DNA of 64,000 bases from Octopus vulgaris (Eukaryota), in contig OX597816.1 in the NCBI GenBank assembly GCA_951406725.2, forward strand, positions 167,276,001 through 167,340,000. Reading direction: 5' to 3'. The notes beneath the pieces were generated by a model. The model had not been told where the DNA came from. It was given only the letters and a program-made list of their open reading frames with translations, and searched no databases. The translations under genes were made by a program, and so were the position numbers. The number at the start of each line of letters is the position of its first letter. The stretch's first letter is position 1. Positions 26,849 through 40,379 of this stretch are shown in pieces.

Positions 26849-28724
26849 AGGAGAAATATACACACACACACACACAGATTAGATAGATAAAGGTTTTAAT
26901 TTGGATCACTTCAACACTTTTGCTATTTCTGTTGAAATGCACTTCGCTTGTTTCAATTAATTTTGAGTATTAGAATTTAGTAAAACATTTATCATTATCA
27001 AAACAGTGTTTGGAACATAAACTAATATGAAATTTTGGTGAAATGTTTTAATTTAGATCAGTTTGAAACAGGATGTTTGTGTCATAGAAGGGGCAGCTTC
27101 ATGTGGGTAGGTATCAAAAGGTTTAGATCAGCAAAATTTGGTTAGAACATTGCAACCACTCATCAAAAAAAACCCATAAAACTAACAGGATGTGTTGTGA
27201 GAGTGAGGAAGACACTGCAGCTAAATAGCCTGCCAAAATTCCAGTGACTCAATTTTTGAATGGGGGTGAAATCAGTCTTAAAAACTTGTCAGAAGGGGGA
27301 TGGATTTGTCAAAATGGGGGTGGGTAAGTATTGCAACTTAGTTAAAAAAAACATCAAAATGTTGGTTTCAAATTTTGGCACAAGGCCAGCAATTTGGAGG
27401 GCAAGGGATAAGTTGATTGTTTTAACCAGTGCTCAACTGGTTTTATTGACTCCAAAAGTCCCTGTGTCGGTGGCACATAAAATCACCCACTACACTCTCG
27501 GAGTGGTTGGCGTTAGGAAGGGCATCCAGCTGTAGAAACACTGCCAGATCTGACTGGCCTGGTGCAGCCTTCAAGCTTGCCAGACACCAGTTGAACCGTC
27601 CAACCCATGCTAGCATGGAAAGCGGACGTTAAACGATGATGATGATGAAAAGGATGAAAAGCAAAGCTGACCTTAGTGGAATTTGAACACAGAACAAAGA
27701 TGGATGGAATGGCACCAATGATGAAGGGAACTTTGAACTAAAACTGACGGTTATTAAGCAAGTTGCACCCAAGGACTTGTAGTGAATCAAGGAAGTGCTA
27801 TTTGGTTGTCGTGTATTAGCACAATATCGCTACAGCAGCTTCAGCCAATTAAAACTGGCTGCAGAGTAATACAGACAGCAGCTTCTGCCCAGCAGTATTT
27901 TGTGCTTTTTTTCAATAGTTAGCTATAAATACAGCATCATCCATCCACAAAGAATTCCATTCCAGTCAGTCAGCAAAAGACTTTGACAAGAGTATAACTA
28001 TTTCCAGTGGGACTTCGGAAGGACACTACCGCTGATGGCATACTTCAACATGAACAGCTGTGTTATTTCACCGACTTAATGCCGTCAACTTCGGGATTAC
28101 ATTAAACACGCACGGCAAATCCCATTATTCTCTGTGAACGGAACCTGCCTGTTTAAACTGCTTACTACCTTTATTGCGGTATGCTTCTACCCATTTGCGT
28201 AATAGTAAGTCCAATGGCCCTCCTTGACTTCACATACCACATTTGGCCTACTCTTGTTGCATCTCAAGTAAATTATGATATTTGTTCTAATATAGCTTTC
28301 TAATGTATTTTCTCAATGCCTCACAAAGGCAACTGTTTCGTTGACTTTCCGCATTGTAGATTTGGTAACATGCTAAAATTGGTAACACTTTACTCAAATT
28401 ACATTCTTACATTCGAACACAGAAACAACTCCATTACAAACTTTAACCTTTTAGATAACGAACCCTCCTGAGATTGCTCCAGTTCTATAATGCAAACTTC
28501 CTGTTCTATAGTGACAGAAATTAAAACTGCCCATCAAAATTTCGTGTTAATTTGTTCCAAACACAAGCTTAATAATGTCAGTTATTAAATTCATTATTTT
28601 CATAATTAATTGAAACAAAGGCAATGAATTTCAATCAAAATATGGTAACAAAAGGGTTAATGTTATAACTAAAGATGCCACTGCTCATTAATGTTAATTT
28701 TTTTTCTCTAAAATTCTTAAACAT

Positions 28725-28990
28725 CTCAAGCTGTGTGGAAAAAGTGGAAGCTATCTGTATGAAAGTGGCCTGGCAGAATGTTTTGTCTGAATGTGCTAAT
28801 GATCTTCATGGTTTCAAAAACCAAGAAAATTAAGTCTTTGATGAAATTAGCACAGGAAGAGACTTTAGGTTTGAGGATGTGGATACAGGAAATGTTCAGG
28901 AATTACTGACTTTACATTCAAAAGACTTAAGGGACAATGATCTCATTGATGCCGAGTGTCAAAGAGGAAGAAGGAAAGACATGTGAAGAT
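28725..28990 (+). mobile_element. Tigger/pogo transposase C-terminal remnant
   Basis: Translation AVWKKVEAICMKVAWQNVLSECANDLHGF...GRDFRFEDVDTGNVQELLTLHSKDLRDNDL resembles Tigger W..V....W..L....DF.GF...DV.ELL.SH...LT.EDL. Confidence 0.65.
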
Positions 28991-29643
28991 ACAGAAAGGA
29001 AATAAGGGTGAAAGGAAGGACTTGATGGATTTTCTGCTGGAGATTTGATTAAATAAGGACTAATAGATAAGGATCTAATTTATCTAGACAGATTATTTAG
29101 ATATCCTTCATTCAATGAAACTGAGATAATCAAAGTACTTGATTAAGTAATGATTAATGGATATGGAACAAGATGTTGAGGATGATGGTGAAAGTATTGA
29201 TGATCTGTATTTTGTATGGAGTTCCTTCACCTTTTCTTTCCACACTTTTCTCCAGCACTTTACATATTTCAACTCCTCCAGTGATAGTAATACCAACATT
29301 GCACATGGAGATATTCCAAATACTTAAAATCGTGAGCTGCGATGACATGCTACACCTATAAAACAACATCAGCATAATGTTGTAGTAACGCATTTTGATA
29401 TCTTCATTGCAGACTGAACCACTTTGTTTCATATGAGAGTCAGTAGACTTCAGAGGAAATTCAGATCTAAAGTTTCATATTGAGGTAGAAGCCATCAATT
29501 TTATGTTAACTGTTAAGAACAGCTATTAAATCTTTTGGAAATGTAATTGTAAAAGATTAACATCTCATCAGTGAGATTTTATTTATCATCTGCTGAAAGA
29601 AATTGGAGTCTTTGAAACACAAAAGTAATTAAGTCTGATTTAA

Positions 29644-30069
29644 CCCTTTCGTTACCAACCAGGCTGAAACCAGCTCTGGCTCTGAGTACAAATGTCTTGC
29701 TTTCATAAGTTTTGAATTAAAATCTTCCACCAAACCTTAGTCACAATTTATGTTCCTAACACTAACTGAATGATAACTAAGCTATTTTAGCAAATTCTTT
29801 GTTATATTTAAAGTAATTGAAAGATATAATAGCAAAACAATTCTTAACCCTTTTGATACCAACCTGGCAGAAACTACCTCTGGCTCTGTCGGACAAATGT
29901 CTTGCTTTCATAAGTTTTGAATTAAAATCTTCCACCAAACCTTAGTCACAATTTATGTCCCTAACACTAGCTGAATGATAACTAAGTTATTTTAGCAAAT
30001 TCTTTGTTATATTTAAGATTAATTGAAAGAAACACAGAGCATCTCAAAATAAATACAGTAATGAAAGGG
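29644..30069. mobile_element. Tandem pair of piggyBac-like MITE family A (truncated copy 29644-29823 plus full copy 29848-30069)
   Basis: Two TTAA-CCCTTT starts and a final AAAGGG-TTAA. Degenerate relatives lie near 12910-13080, 26880-27125, 28445-28660, 30840-31385, 36505-36700 and 47850-48010. Confidence 0.8.
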
Positions 30070-31999
30070 TTAAACAATTTTGAATGCCTATTCATCTATA
30101 AATAATGCAAAATACCCTAAGTTAAATACCCCTTGGACAGAGAAAAGAGCAGAAAGCTACCGGTGGGACTAACCATGCATCACATCCATCCAAATTAGAA
30201 GCTTTAAACTTACAAGCAAGAAAGTAAAGGCTGTTTGCATTAAGAATGTAAATTTTGAAGCAACAAGAAAATATGTAAATAAACCTATTAATGATGGATC
30301 TTGCTTTAAATGTTAGCTCAATGTATCAGGTTAAAGACCACACATACAGATCAAAAGCAGAAAAGCTGCCAGCAAGAGTCAAACCATGAACCTTCTGTAT
30401 CAAAAGGAGTTATAATACCAATACACTGAGTTTTCTGACTTTCATCTATGAAAGTTCTACATGTAAACAAAAGTAATGTCTTGAAACTGCACCACAAAAT
30501 CATTTACAACAGAACTTAATTCATATCTCAGCTGAAGGAGGGTCTATTTCTTCATCTTTACCAAATTGTTAGGTATGGGAGCAGGTTTGGCTGTGTAGTT
30601 AAGAAGTTCAATTTTGCTAACCAAATAGTTTCAGGTTTAGTTAAACAGCACAACAGCTCAAACAAGTGCCTTATATTAAAGCACCAGGTGGACCAAACTT
30701 TTTATCATCTGTTTGTCTAATGCAATAAAACCAGAACTAAAAGACCAATCCATTGGAGTTCTTTGAGTCTTTCAAGAAATATAAACATTAAATATCACAC
30801 CATCAATAACCTTTCAAACATTTTTCTTTACTAAATTTGCTTAATTCTTTTGATGTCAACCTGTCTGAGACTACCCTTGGCTCTATGGTACAAAAGTTCC
30901 TATTATAAGGTAATCCAATTTGGGGCTGTGTTTAAGACATGAGTGCACCAGGGGCCTCACAGGTCTAAGGGAGCCAATTCTGATCTATGCAATGCTGTGG
31001 CTTGCTATCAATAAACAAGTACTACAGATCCCATTGTACTGATTTGTCCAGGGACTATAATGCTAATTAGGCCCTGATCCAAATTAAAACTTCCCATTAG
31101 TTTCCTGACAATTTATGTTCTAAACACCAACTTAAAAATAACAAAGCTACTTGAATGAGATCATTATTTTCAAAATTAACTGAAAGACAGTAAATTACAA
31201 CAGAAATATGGTAACAAAAGGGTTAAAGTGATCCAAGTTGAAATCTTCCATCAAAATTCATTGTTTATATTCCAAACACGAGTTTAATAATGACAAGGTT
31301 GTTTTATTAAATTCATTATTTTTAACATTAATTGAAACAAAAGGCAGATGTACTTCAACAAAAATAGGGAAGCAAAAAAGAGCTAATCCTTTAACCCTAT
31401 TTATCCTTCAGTAATCAGATTCCTCTGTCAAATGTAATATTTATTCACATGGTTTTGAATTAATGGTGCCTTATCTCACAGCTTTGAGATTTTGATGATG
31501 TGATTAATTATTTTTAGAATGACATTGTCGAGTAAGTGTGAGAGGTTGAATCTGGCCAGTTTGAACATAAAACAGGTGAAATAATTGGGGCCAGATATGA
31601 TTGGTTTAAATGCTTAAATGTTAAGCTTTTAAGTACAATCAAACAGTGGATGAATGAAGACAGAGATGGTGGGGTGGGTGGGTGAATTAATGATTTAATG
31701 AAAAACATTGAAGGGAAGTTTGTGTATGTAAGAAATTAAACTAAATAAACATTAGCAATCTGTTCCATTATTATAACCACCATTGAGTGAGTGGGGTTAT
31801 GATGGGACAGCACTTACAGCAGATATCTTTAACAACAACAGGCTTTTAAAACAGACGGAAATAACCTCTTCAGTACAGAAAATCCACTTCAAGTGGCGGC
31901 CATGTCTGAAGGCAGGTAGGAAAACAAACACACATATACACACATGGACACATGTACATACTTACTTACACACAGCCACCATAATCAACATCAATTTAA

Positions 32000-32209
32000 C
32001 CCTTTAGCATTTAAACCGGCCATATCCGGCCAAAAGTATTCTGTTCAAACTGGCTAGATCTGGTCTCTTACACCAAGCCTACAATATCGTTTTAAAAATC
32101 AACAGCTACCTCATCAAAATCTCATAGCTACAAGATAATGCTTGATTAATTCAAAACAATGTGGATGAAGAAGCATTAGTTTTGGCAGAATATTGTGAAC
32201 ACTAAAGGG
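32000..32209. mobile_element. piggyBac-like MITE family B
   Basis: TTAA|CCCTTTAG...CTAAAGGG|TTAA. Related copies occur at 17835-18270 (split by a SINE), 31391-31624, 33562-34630 (split by SINE and RTE tail) and 57240-57470. Confidence 0.78.
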
Positions 32210-33790
32210 TTAAAATCTATGCTGCTTTTATGGGTTGCTGTTTAGCCTAAGGTCAGCCTTGACCAGGAAGACCTTATAAATCCAGTTGTAGCCATCCCAT
32301 CTATTTGTATACTTGTGATTGTAAGATGTGAATTTGAGAGAAATTTCACAGCTATTTCTAGCAGTTTGAGTGACTACAAAGAGGACCTAATAATTAATAT
32401 ATCATATTGTTAGTTCTGGCCCTTTCCATTCTTTGTTCAAATCCTACCAAGGTCATCATTGTCTTCCATCCTTATGAGCCACCATAATACAGTACTGTTC
32501 ATGTACTGAAGTACATATAATTGTTTATTCCCATCTTGGTGGTGGTGTGAAAACAGTGGAAGATGCTCGGTTAGTAAAGACTAAGAATACATTAATGAAG
32601 ACCAATGGCTCACAGTTCTAGGTTTAAATCTTGATTATATTTAGACCACCATGACACTGACCAATGCCAATAATCTCTGACTGGCTCCCGTGCTGGTGGC
32701 ACATAAAAAGCACTATCCGAATGTGATCCATGCCAGGGCCACCTGACTGGCTCCCCTGCCAGTGGCATGTAAAAAGCAGGCCCACCTGACTGGCTCCTGT
32801 GACAGTAGCATGTAAAAAGCACCCACTACACTCTTGGAGTGGTTGGTGTTAGGAAGGGCATCCAGCTGTAGAAACCTTGCCAGATCAGATTGGAGCTTGA
32901 TGCAGCTGCTGGCTCTCCAGACCTCAGTCAAACCATTCAACCCATATCAGGATGGAAAATGGATGTTAAATCATGATGATGATGATGAAAGAACTCAATG
33001 GTTAATGTAGCCAGTCTTATGAAAGCTTTATCACAAGACAGAGTGTTCATTATTGGAATGTTTTAAATTATAGATTTGCTGAGCTAGAGTAGATCTGGGG
33101 CTACAGAATTCAGATGTTCTTGCATCTGCTTTCATATTTTGGCACAAAGCCAACAATGGAGGGGTGAAAGGGGTAAGTTGATTACACCAACTCTAGTGAT
33201 CAACAGTTATTTTTTTCAATCTCAAAAGGGTGAAAAGCAAAGTTAATCTCAACAGCTCAGAACAAAGACAGATGAAGCGCGACTAAGCATTTTGCCTGAT
33301 CTGCTAACAATTCTGTGAGCTTTCTGCTTTGTATATTAAAGCCAGATAAGGGAGAAGAAAAAGGAGAGACCACTTAAAAATCAATCAGCAGAGACTGCAA
33401 TCACCAACAGGTGAGAGAGAGAGAAATCTATAGGGAGAGACAAACAGGTAGAGGTAATTGTAAAAGAAATGCTTGTTTAACGTGGTTGAGAAACACGCGA
33501 TACAGGACAAACAAGTTGAAATAATCTCATTGATAATCATGATACTAACGAGGAAGGTTATTTAACCCTTTAGCATTCAAATTAATGTCAAATGTAATGC
33601 CTATTGGTTCACATTGTTTTGAATTAATCATGCAGGAGTGGCCGTGTGGTAAGTAGCTTGCTAACCAACCACATGGTTCCGGGTTCAGTCCCACTGCGTG
33701 GCATCTTGGGCAAGTGTCTTCTGCTATAGCCCCGGTCCGACCAATGCCTCGTGAGTGGATTTGGTAGACGGAAACTGAAAGAAGCCTGTC

Positions 33791-33836
<46 letters not shown>

Positions 33837-36800
33837 TTGTGTGTGTGTGTTTGTCCCCCTAGCATTGCCTAACAACCGATGCTGGTGTGTTTACGTCCCC
33901 CGTCACTTAGCGGTTCGGCAAAAGAGACCGATAGAATAAGTACTGGGCTTACAAAGAATAAGTTGCGGCGTCGATTTGCTCGACTAAAGGCGGTGCTCCA
34001 GCATGGCCGCAGTCAAATGACTGAAACAAGTAAAAGAGTAAAAAAGAGTAAAGAGTATTATCTCATAGCTTCAAGATTTTTATAGTGGAGCGCTAAGAGT
34101 ACCATATGAGTGAGATCGTTGCCAGAGCAACAAGCTGGCCTCTGTGCCAATGACACGTAAAAAGCACTATTCGAGTGTGATAGTTATCTGTGTCGCTTTA
34201 CTGACACTTGTGCTGGTGGCATGTGAAAAAGCATTCGAGCGAGGTCATTGCCAGTGTCGCTGAACTGGCTCCTGTGCAGGTGGCACATAAAAAGCACCAT
34301 TTGAGCGTGGCCGTTGCTAGTACCGCCTGACAGGCCCTCGTGCCGGTGGCATGTAAAAGCGCTTACTACACTCTCGGAGTGGTTGGCGTTAGGAAGGGCA
34401 TCCAGCTGTAGAAACTTTGCCAAGTCAGATTGGAGTCTGGTGCAGCCATCTGGTTTGCCAGACCTCAGTCAAATCGTCCAACCCATGCTAGCATGGAAAG
34501 CGGATGTTAAACAATGATGATGATTGTTTATTTCTAGAATGACATTGTAGGATAGGTGTTAGAGGCCAGATCTGGTTAGTCTGAACATAAAATGAGGAAT
34601 ATTTGAATCTGACGTGACCAGTTTAAATGTCAAAAGTTTATTTAGAGGAACTAGCACTTTTGATTGGGAATCAAAAATACTGAGGATTTAATTCCATTAA
34701 AAAGTATTAATTAAAATCTACTTCAAGTACACACTACTTATTATTAAAGCTTTTATCATGTTTGTTCTTAACCAAACCAATCTTTTAAAGCTGTTCTTAG
34801 CAAAATCTTCCCATATGGTGGTGAACAACACACACTCATGCACAATACACACATAAGTAATAGATTAATAAGTTGTTTGTAGAGTAATTTTAGAAGTTAA
34901 ATAAGTGTTATTAAATATCAGTTTCTAATTAATATATAATAATATGAAAATAGTTAGGAGTGAGATATTTATAGCATAAATAGTGAGATTTATACTTTAC
35001 TCTGACTAGTTATTAGTTATTAGGTTACGACTAAACCACACAGAGTAATCATCTATAGACACTGTTTTCAAAGAAAACTTGATATTCCGTGACTTAAACC
35101 ATTAAACATCATTTAATTGATGACTGAGAAAATTAAACTGTGTGTGTGTGTGTGGTAGGCACAGGTGTGGCTGTGTGGTAAGAAGTTTGCTTCATAACCA
35201 CATGGTTCTGAGTTCAGTTCCACTGCATGGCACCTTGGGTAGGTGTCTTCTATTATAGCCTCAGGCCAACCAAAGCCTTGTGAATGGATTTGGTAGACAG
35301 AAACTGAAAGAAGACTGTCATGTGTATATGCCTATCACTCACTACCAATTAACAACTGGTGTTGGTGTGTTTATGTCCTTGTAACTTAGTGGTTCAACAA
35401 AAGAGACCAATAGAATAAGAACCAGTCATCTTCTGCATGGCATCTCTTATTTCTTTATTGCCCACAAGGGGCTAAACAGAGAGGACAAACAAGGACAGAC
35501 AAAGGGGTTAAGTTGATTACATCGACCCCAGTGCATAACTGGTACTTATTTAATCAACCCCGAAAGGATGAAAGACAAAGTCGACCTCGGCAGAATTTGA
35601 ACTCAGAATGTAACAGCAGATGAAATACCTATTTCTTTACTACCCACAAGGGGCTAAACACAGAGAGGACAAACAAGAACAGACAAAGGGATTAAGTCAA
35701 TTACATCGACCCCAGTGCATAACTGGTCCTTAATTTATCGACCCCGAAAGGATGAAAGGCAAAGTTGACCTCGGTGGAATTTGAACTAAGGATGTAACAG
35801 CAGATGAAATACCGCTAAGCATTTTGCCCAGCATGCTAACATTTCTGCCAGCTCGCTACCTTAATATTGCAAGCTATGGTGCCATGTAAGAAGCACGCAG
35901 TGCAACACACTGTAAAGTAGTTGGCATTAGGAAGGACAGCCAGCCACAGAAACCATGCCAAAACAGATAATGGAATTTGGTGCGGGTCCTAACCTTACCA
36001 GTCAGTTCCTGTCAAACCGTCCAACCCATGCCAGCATGGAAAACAGACATTAACTGATGAGGAGGGTGATGATAATGAAGGTATTTTATCAGACAGCATT
36101 AACAAATTCTCCCAACACAAGCACATGTTTAAGCAACCAAAAGCACATGCACACACACACACTCTCTCTTTTTCTCTCTCTTGAAGCCATAGCTTTGGGG
36201 CTTAAAACTTTTAACTGGTGGTGGGAGGGAAAGTCACATTTCTTCTTCTGTTTGACTCTTGACACCATCCTGTGTTTTCTTGGCATTCATTGTCTCCAGG
36301 CTATGAGGATTGACAGGTCAGGCTGACCCTCAGCTAGACAAAACAACAGCACTAACAATTCTGAGTCATTAGCCCTCAATGTCAGCACTTTCAAAAGACT
36401 GAGGTCTATCCAACCTGCTGTATATGGGTGGAGGAGGAAATATACTTGTGTCAATTATATGTCTAGTAAAAGAAAAAAAAAAAAAAAAAAAAAAAGCCCT
36501 TATTTAATCCTTTTGACACCAACCTTCCTTAAAACTGACCTTGGTCTTATACTAGCTTCCTGTTTTGAAATGTTCTTAAAAACCTTCCCTCAAAATTCTA
36601 TGCTAATTTATATTCCAAACACCAGCTTAAAAATGATAAAATTATTTTACTAAATTCTTTGTTATTTTCAAAATTAATTCAAAGACAATACATTTCAAGA
36701 GAAATGTTCTCATTGTTCTGTTATTGTCCTTGGTTTAAAGTCTTTGATTCTCTCTTCAGATTGCTACTGGCACCAACAGTTTTAGAAGCCATTTAAATAT

Positions 36801-37650
36801 TTGTCCTCTATCTCAGGTATTTCTCAATTAGTTAAACAAGCATTTCTGTAACAATTGCCTCCACTCGTAAAACAGAGGCAAAGGGGTGTAAGAGCTGCAG
36901 GATGATGCACATACAAGGCATGGTGGCAGGCAATGAGTATGAGTAAGGAATACTACATACACTGAAATAGAAAGAATTAGGGATAGGGGAAAAGGAAAGG
37001 AAGTCAATGGCAGTGGTTATGGGAGGAGCCATATAATTGAGAAATACTAATTCTTTATAGGAAAAATCTAGAACATAAATAACATGTAAAGAAAGACAAG
37101 AAAAATAACTGGCACTCCATCGGTTAAACCGACAAGTGTTTCAGTTGATCCAGTCAATGGAATATCCTGCTCATGAAATTAATGTGCAAGTGGCTGAGCA
37201 CTCCACAGACGTGTACCCTTAATGTAGTTCTCAGGGAGATCTAGCATGACACAGTATATGACATGTCTGGCCCTTTCAAATACTGGCACAACTGATTTTT
37301 GGCAACTGAGCAGACAGAAGCAACGTGAAATGAAGCGTCTTGCTCAAGTACACAATGTGCCACCAGGAATTGAACTCCCAGCCTTACAATCAGGAGCCAA
37401 ATGCCCCAACCTCTAAGCCAGGCCCCTCCTTTAACATTAACTCCTTTACTTGTTTCAGTCATTTGAATGTGGCCATGCTGGAGCACCACCTTTAGTCAAA
37501 CAAATCACCCCCAGGACATTCTTTGGAAGTCTAGTACTTATTCTATCGGGTCTTTTGCCTAACCACTAAGTTACGGGGACGTAAACACACTACCATCGGT
37601 TGTCAAGCGATGTTGGGGGGAGGGGGACAAACACAGACTCACAAACATAT

Positions 37651-37698
<48 letters not shown>

Positions 37699-38473
37699 GA
37701 TGCCTGAGGCTATAGTAGAAGACACTTGCCCAAGGTGCCACGCAGTGGGAATGAACCCGGAACCATGTCATTGGTAAGCAAGTCCTGGGGTTGATTCATT
37801 TGACTAAAAATTCTTGAAATGCAGTGCTCCAGCATGGCCACGGTCAAATGACTGAAGCAAGTAAAAGATAAAAGATATGCCATACTTCCTGAGATTACTC
37901 CTGGTGGCAAAAGCAGACTTCAAAATTTACTGGTCACCATGTATTAAGAAATGGCATTTTTATCAGCAGTAAACAATGAAACTATTTGTGAAAGAAAGCC
38001 TTTAAATTGATGGTATTTTCTGGAGATTGTAGATAAGATGTGTTAAATTAATTGAGAAGGAAATAGTTGTTTGTGACAAGTTCAGAGATTTCTGTGAACT
38101 AACAAGGGATGTTTTGTATGAAAGATAGACGAATGTACATAATGGATGTATGGTACTTTATGACAGATTTGGAATAAAAATGCAGATTCTAAGGAAGGAA
38201 ATGATGTTTTGGAATGACGTAGGCAAACAAAGATAAAAGCAAACAGAAAGTGAGTCAAAATTAATTGAGATTTATAGAAAGATGGTGGCCATTTTAAGAA
38301 TGGCTGTATGGTTAAGATGCTTGCTTCCCAACCATATGGTTCCGGGTAGTCACACTGTGTGGCATCTTGGGCAAGTGTCTTCTACAGCTCTGGGCTGACC
38401 AATATCTTTTGAGAGAATTTGGTAGACAAAAACTGAAGACCATTATATGTGTGCGTGTGTATATATATAACGT

Positions 38474-38767
38474 TATATAATTAGGGCTCAGTAAAATAAT
38501 TTACTTTGCCACATACTGAAATTTTTAGAAATAGCAGCCAAAAAGTTTTTTTTAGCCATTTCTACTACTTTAAGAAGTCTCCCAGATAGTGTTTACTCAA
38601 AAATAATTCACGTAGATATGGAGGGAAAACACCAAAATATCACATGTACAAAGATTATTTGAGAACGCTCACGTTTCTAAATTAGTCGAATGAAACTTTT
38701 TGGCTGCTATTTCTAAAAATTTCAGTATGTGGCAAAGTAAATTATTTTACTGAGCCCTAATTATATA
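38474..38767. repeat. Perfect 75-bp inverted repeat with a 144-bp spacer
   Basis: 38474-38548 is the exact reverse complement of 38693-38767. Confidence 0.92.
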
Positions 38768-38893
38768 GCGTAATATTTTGAATACGCCTTGAATGGTCCT
38801 TTTACATACTGAACACTAGTTGGTGAAATTAATTAATAATTAATTGATAATACCCTTAATCATTGATTATATATATATTATATATATATATAT

Positions 38894-38928
<35 letters not shown>

Positions 38929-39352
38929 CAAACACACACTTCGCTTTTGGATTGCAAGATTCTTTGAGTTTGTGTGTTGAAGTATATTATGCTGTGTCCA
39001 AGGAGAGTCGTTCTCTTTTAGTGCCTTGTTATTTAACACACTCACCAGTTCAGTTTCCACTCGTTTGCTTATTTTTCCTAAAATTTTCGTTGGGTCTTGC
39101 AACCTTTTCAGTAGACAACTATTGAAAAGTGTAGTGAGTACTTTTTATGTGCCACCAGCACAGGCACCAGTCAGGTGGGCTCGGCATCAATCATGCTCAG
39201 ATGATGCATTCATGTGCCACTGGAAGAGGAGCCAGCCGGGGCACTAGCCACAGCTATGATTTTGGTTTTACTTGACTCAACAAGTCTTCTCAAACATATC
39301 ATATTGCCCGACGCATCAAAGGTACTCTTAAATGGGCTGGACATGCATATAT

Positions 39353-39983
39353 ATCATCATCATTTAGTGTCCGTTTTCCATGCTAGCATGGGTTGGACGG
39401 TTCAACTGGGGTCTGTGAAGCTGGAAGGCTTCATCAGGCCCAGTCAGATCTGGCAGTGTTTCTATGGCTGGATGCCCTTCCTAACGCCAACCACTCCGTG
39501 AGTGTAGTGGGTGCTTTTTACGTGCCACCCACACAGGTGCCAGACAGAGCTGGCAAACGGCCATGAACGGATGGTGCTTTTACGTGTCACCGGCACGGGG
39601 TCCAGGCGAGGCTGGCAACGGACACGAACGGATGGTGCTTTTACGTGTCACCGGCACGGGGGCCAGGCGAGGCTGGCAACGGACACGAACAGATGGTGCT
39701 TTTACGTGTCACCGGCACGGGGGCCAGGCGAGGCTGGCAACGGACACGAACGGATGGTGCTTTTACATGTCACCGGCACGGGGTCCTGGCGAGGCTGGCA
39801 ACGGACACGAACGGATGGTGCTTTTACGTGTCACCGGCACGGGGTCCTGGCGAGGCTGGCAAACGGCCACGAACGGATGGTGCTTTTACGTGTCACCGGC
39901 ACGGGGGTCCAGGCGAGGCTGGCAACGGACACGAACGGATGGTGCTTTTACGTGCCACCAACACGGGGACCAGACAGAGCTGG

Positions 39984-39987
<4 letters not shown>
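39353..39987 (-). mobile_element. RTE 3' UTR-derived element with an expanded internal 61-bp tandem array
   Basis: (CAT)n tail at the left and family body identical to other copies (7984-8150, 17482-17700, 19168-19430, 27460-27648, 32650-32988, 34090-34524, 44955-45188, 50795-51157, 56835-57020). Confidence 0.75.
39510..39987. repeat. GC-rich minisatellite, about 8 units of about 61 bp
   Basis: Unit ATGGTGCTTTTACGTGTCACCGGCACGGGGTCCAGGCGAGGCTGGCAACGGACACGAACGG recurs near 39571, 39632, 39693, 39754, 39815, 39878 and 39939, plus a diverged first unit. Confidence 0.92.
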
Positions 39988-40032
<45 letters not shown>

Positions 40033-40379
40033 GTAATGGGCTCCTTTCAGTTTCCATCTACCAAATCCACTAAGAAGGCTTTGGTCAGCATGAGGCTATA
40101 GTAGAAGACACTTGCCCAAAGTGCCATGCAGTGGAACTGAACTGGAACCCATGAGGTCGGGAAGCAATCTTATCACACAACCACACCTGTGCATACATAC
40201 ATACACACACATGCATTCTACACTGATATAGCTTGCATGGGTCTATATTACAACACAGTAACACCTCCACAAGCTACAGGGGATCATAAAGTTAGCATTA
40301 AGTAGATAAGAGATTAATCTCACCCTAGTTATGATTCTATTCCATATCAGGTAACGACCACATCCATACCATTTAAAAT

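Noticed and set aside
29108-29432. Overlapping 60-90 aa ORFs
   Set aside because: No recognisable domain; probably the decayed continuation of the adjacent Tigger remnant.
39511-40101. Three overlapping repetitive ORFs and a CRISPR-like periodicity
   Set aside because: This is a head-to-tail 61-bp minisatellite with no unique spacers and no cas genes, in a eukaryotic context.
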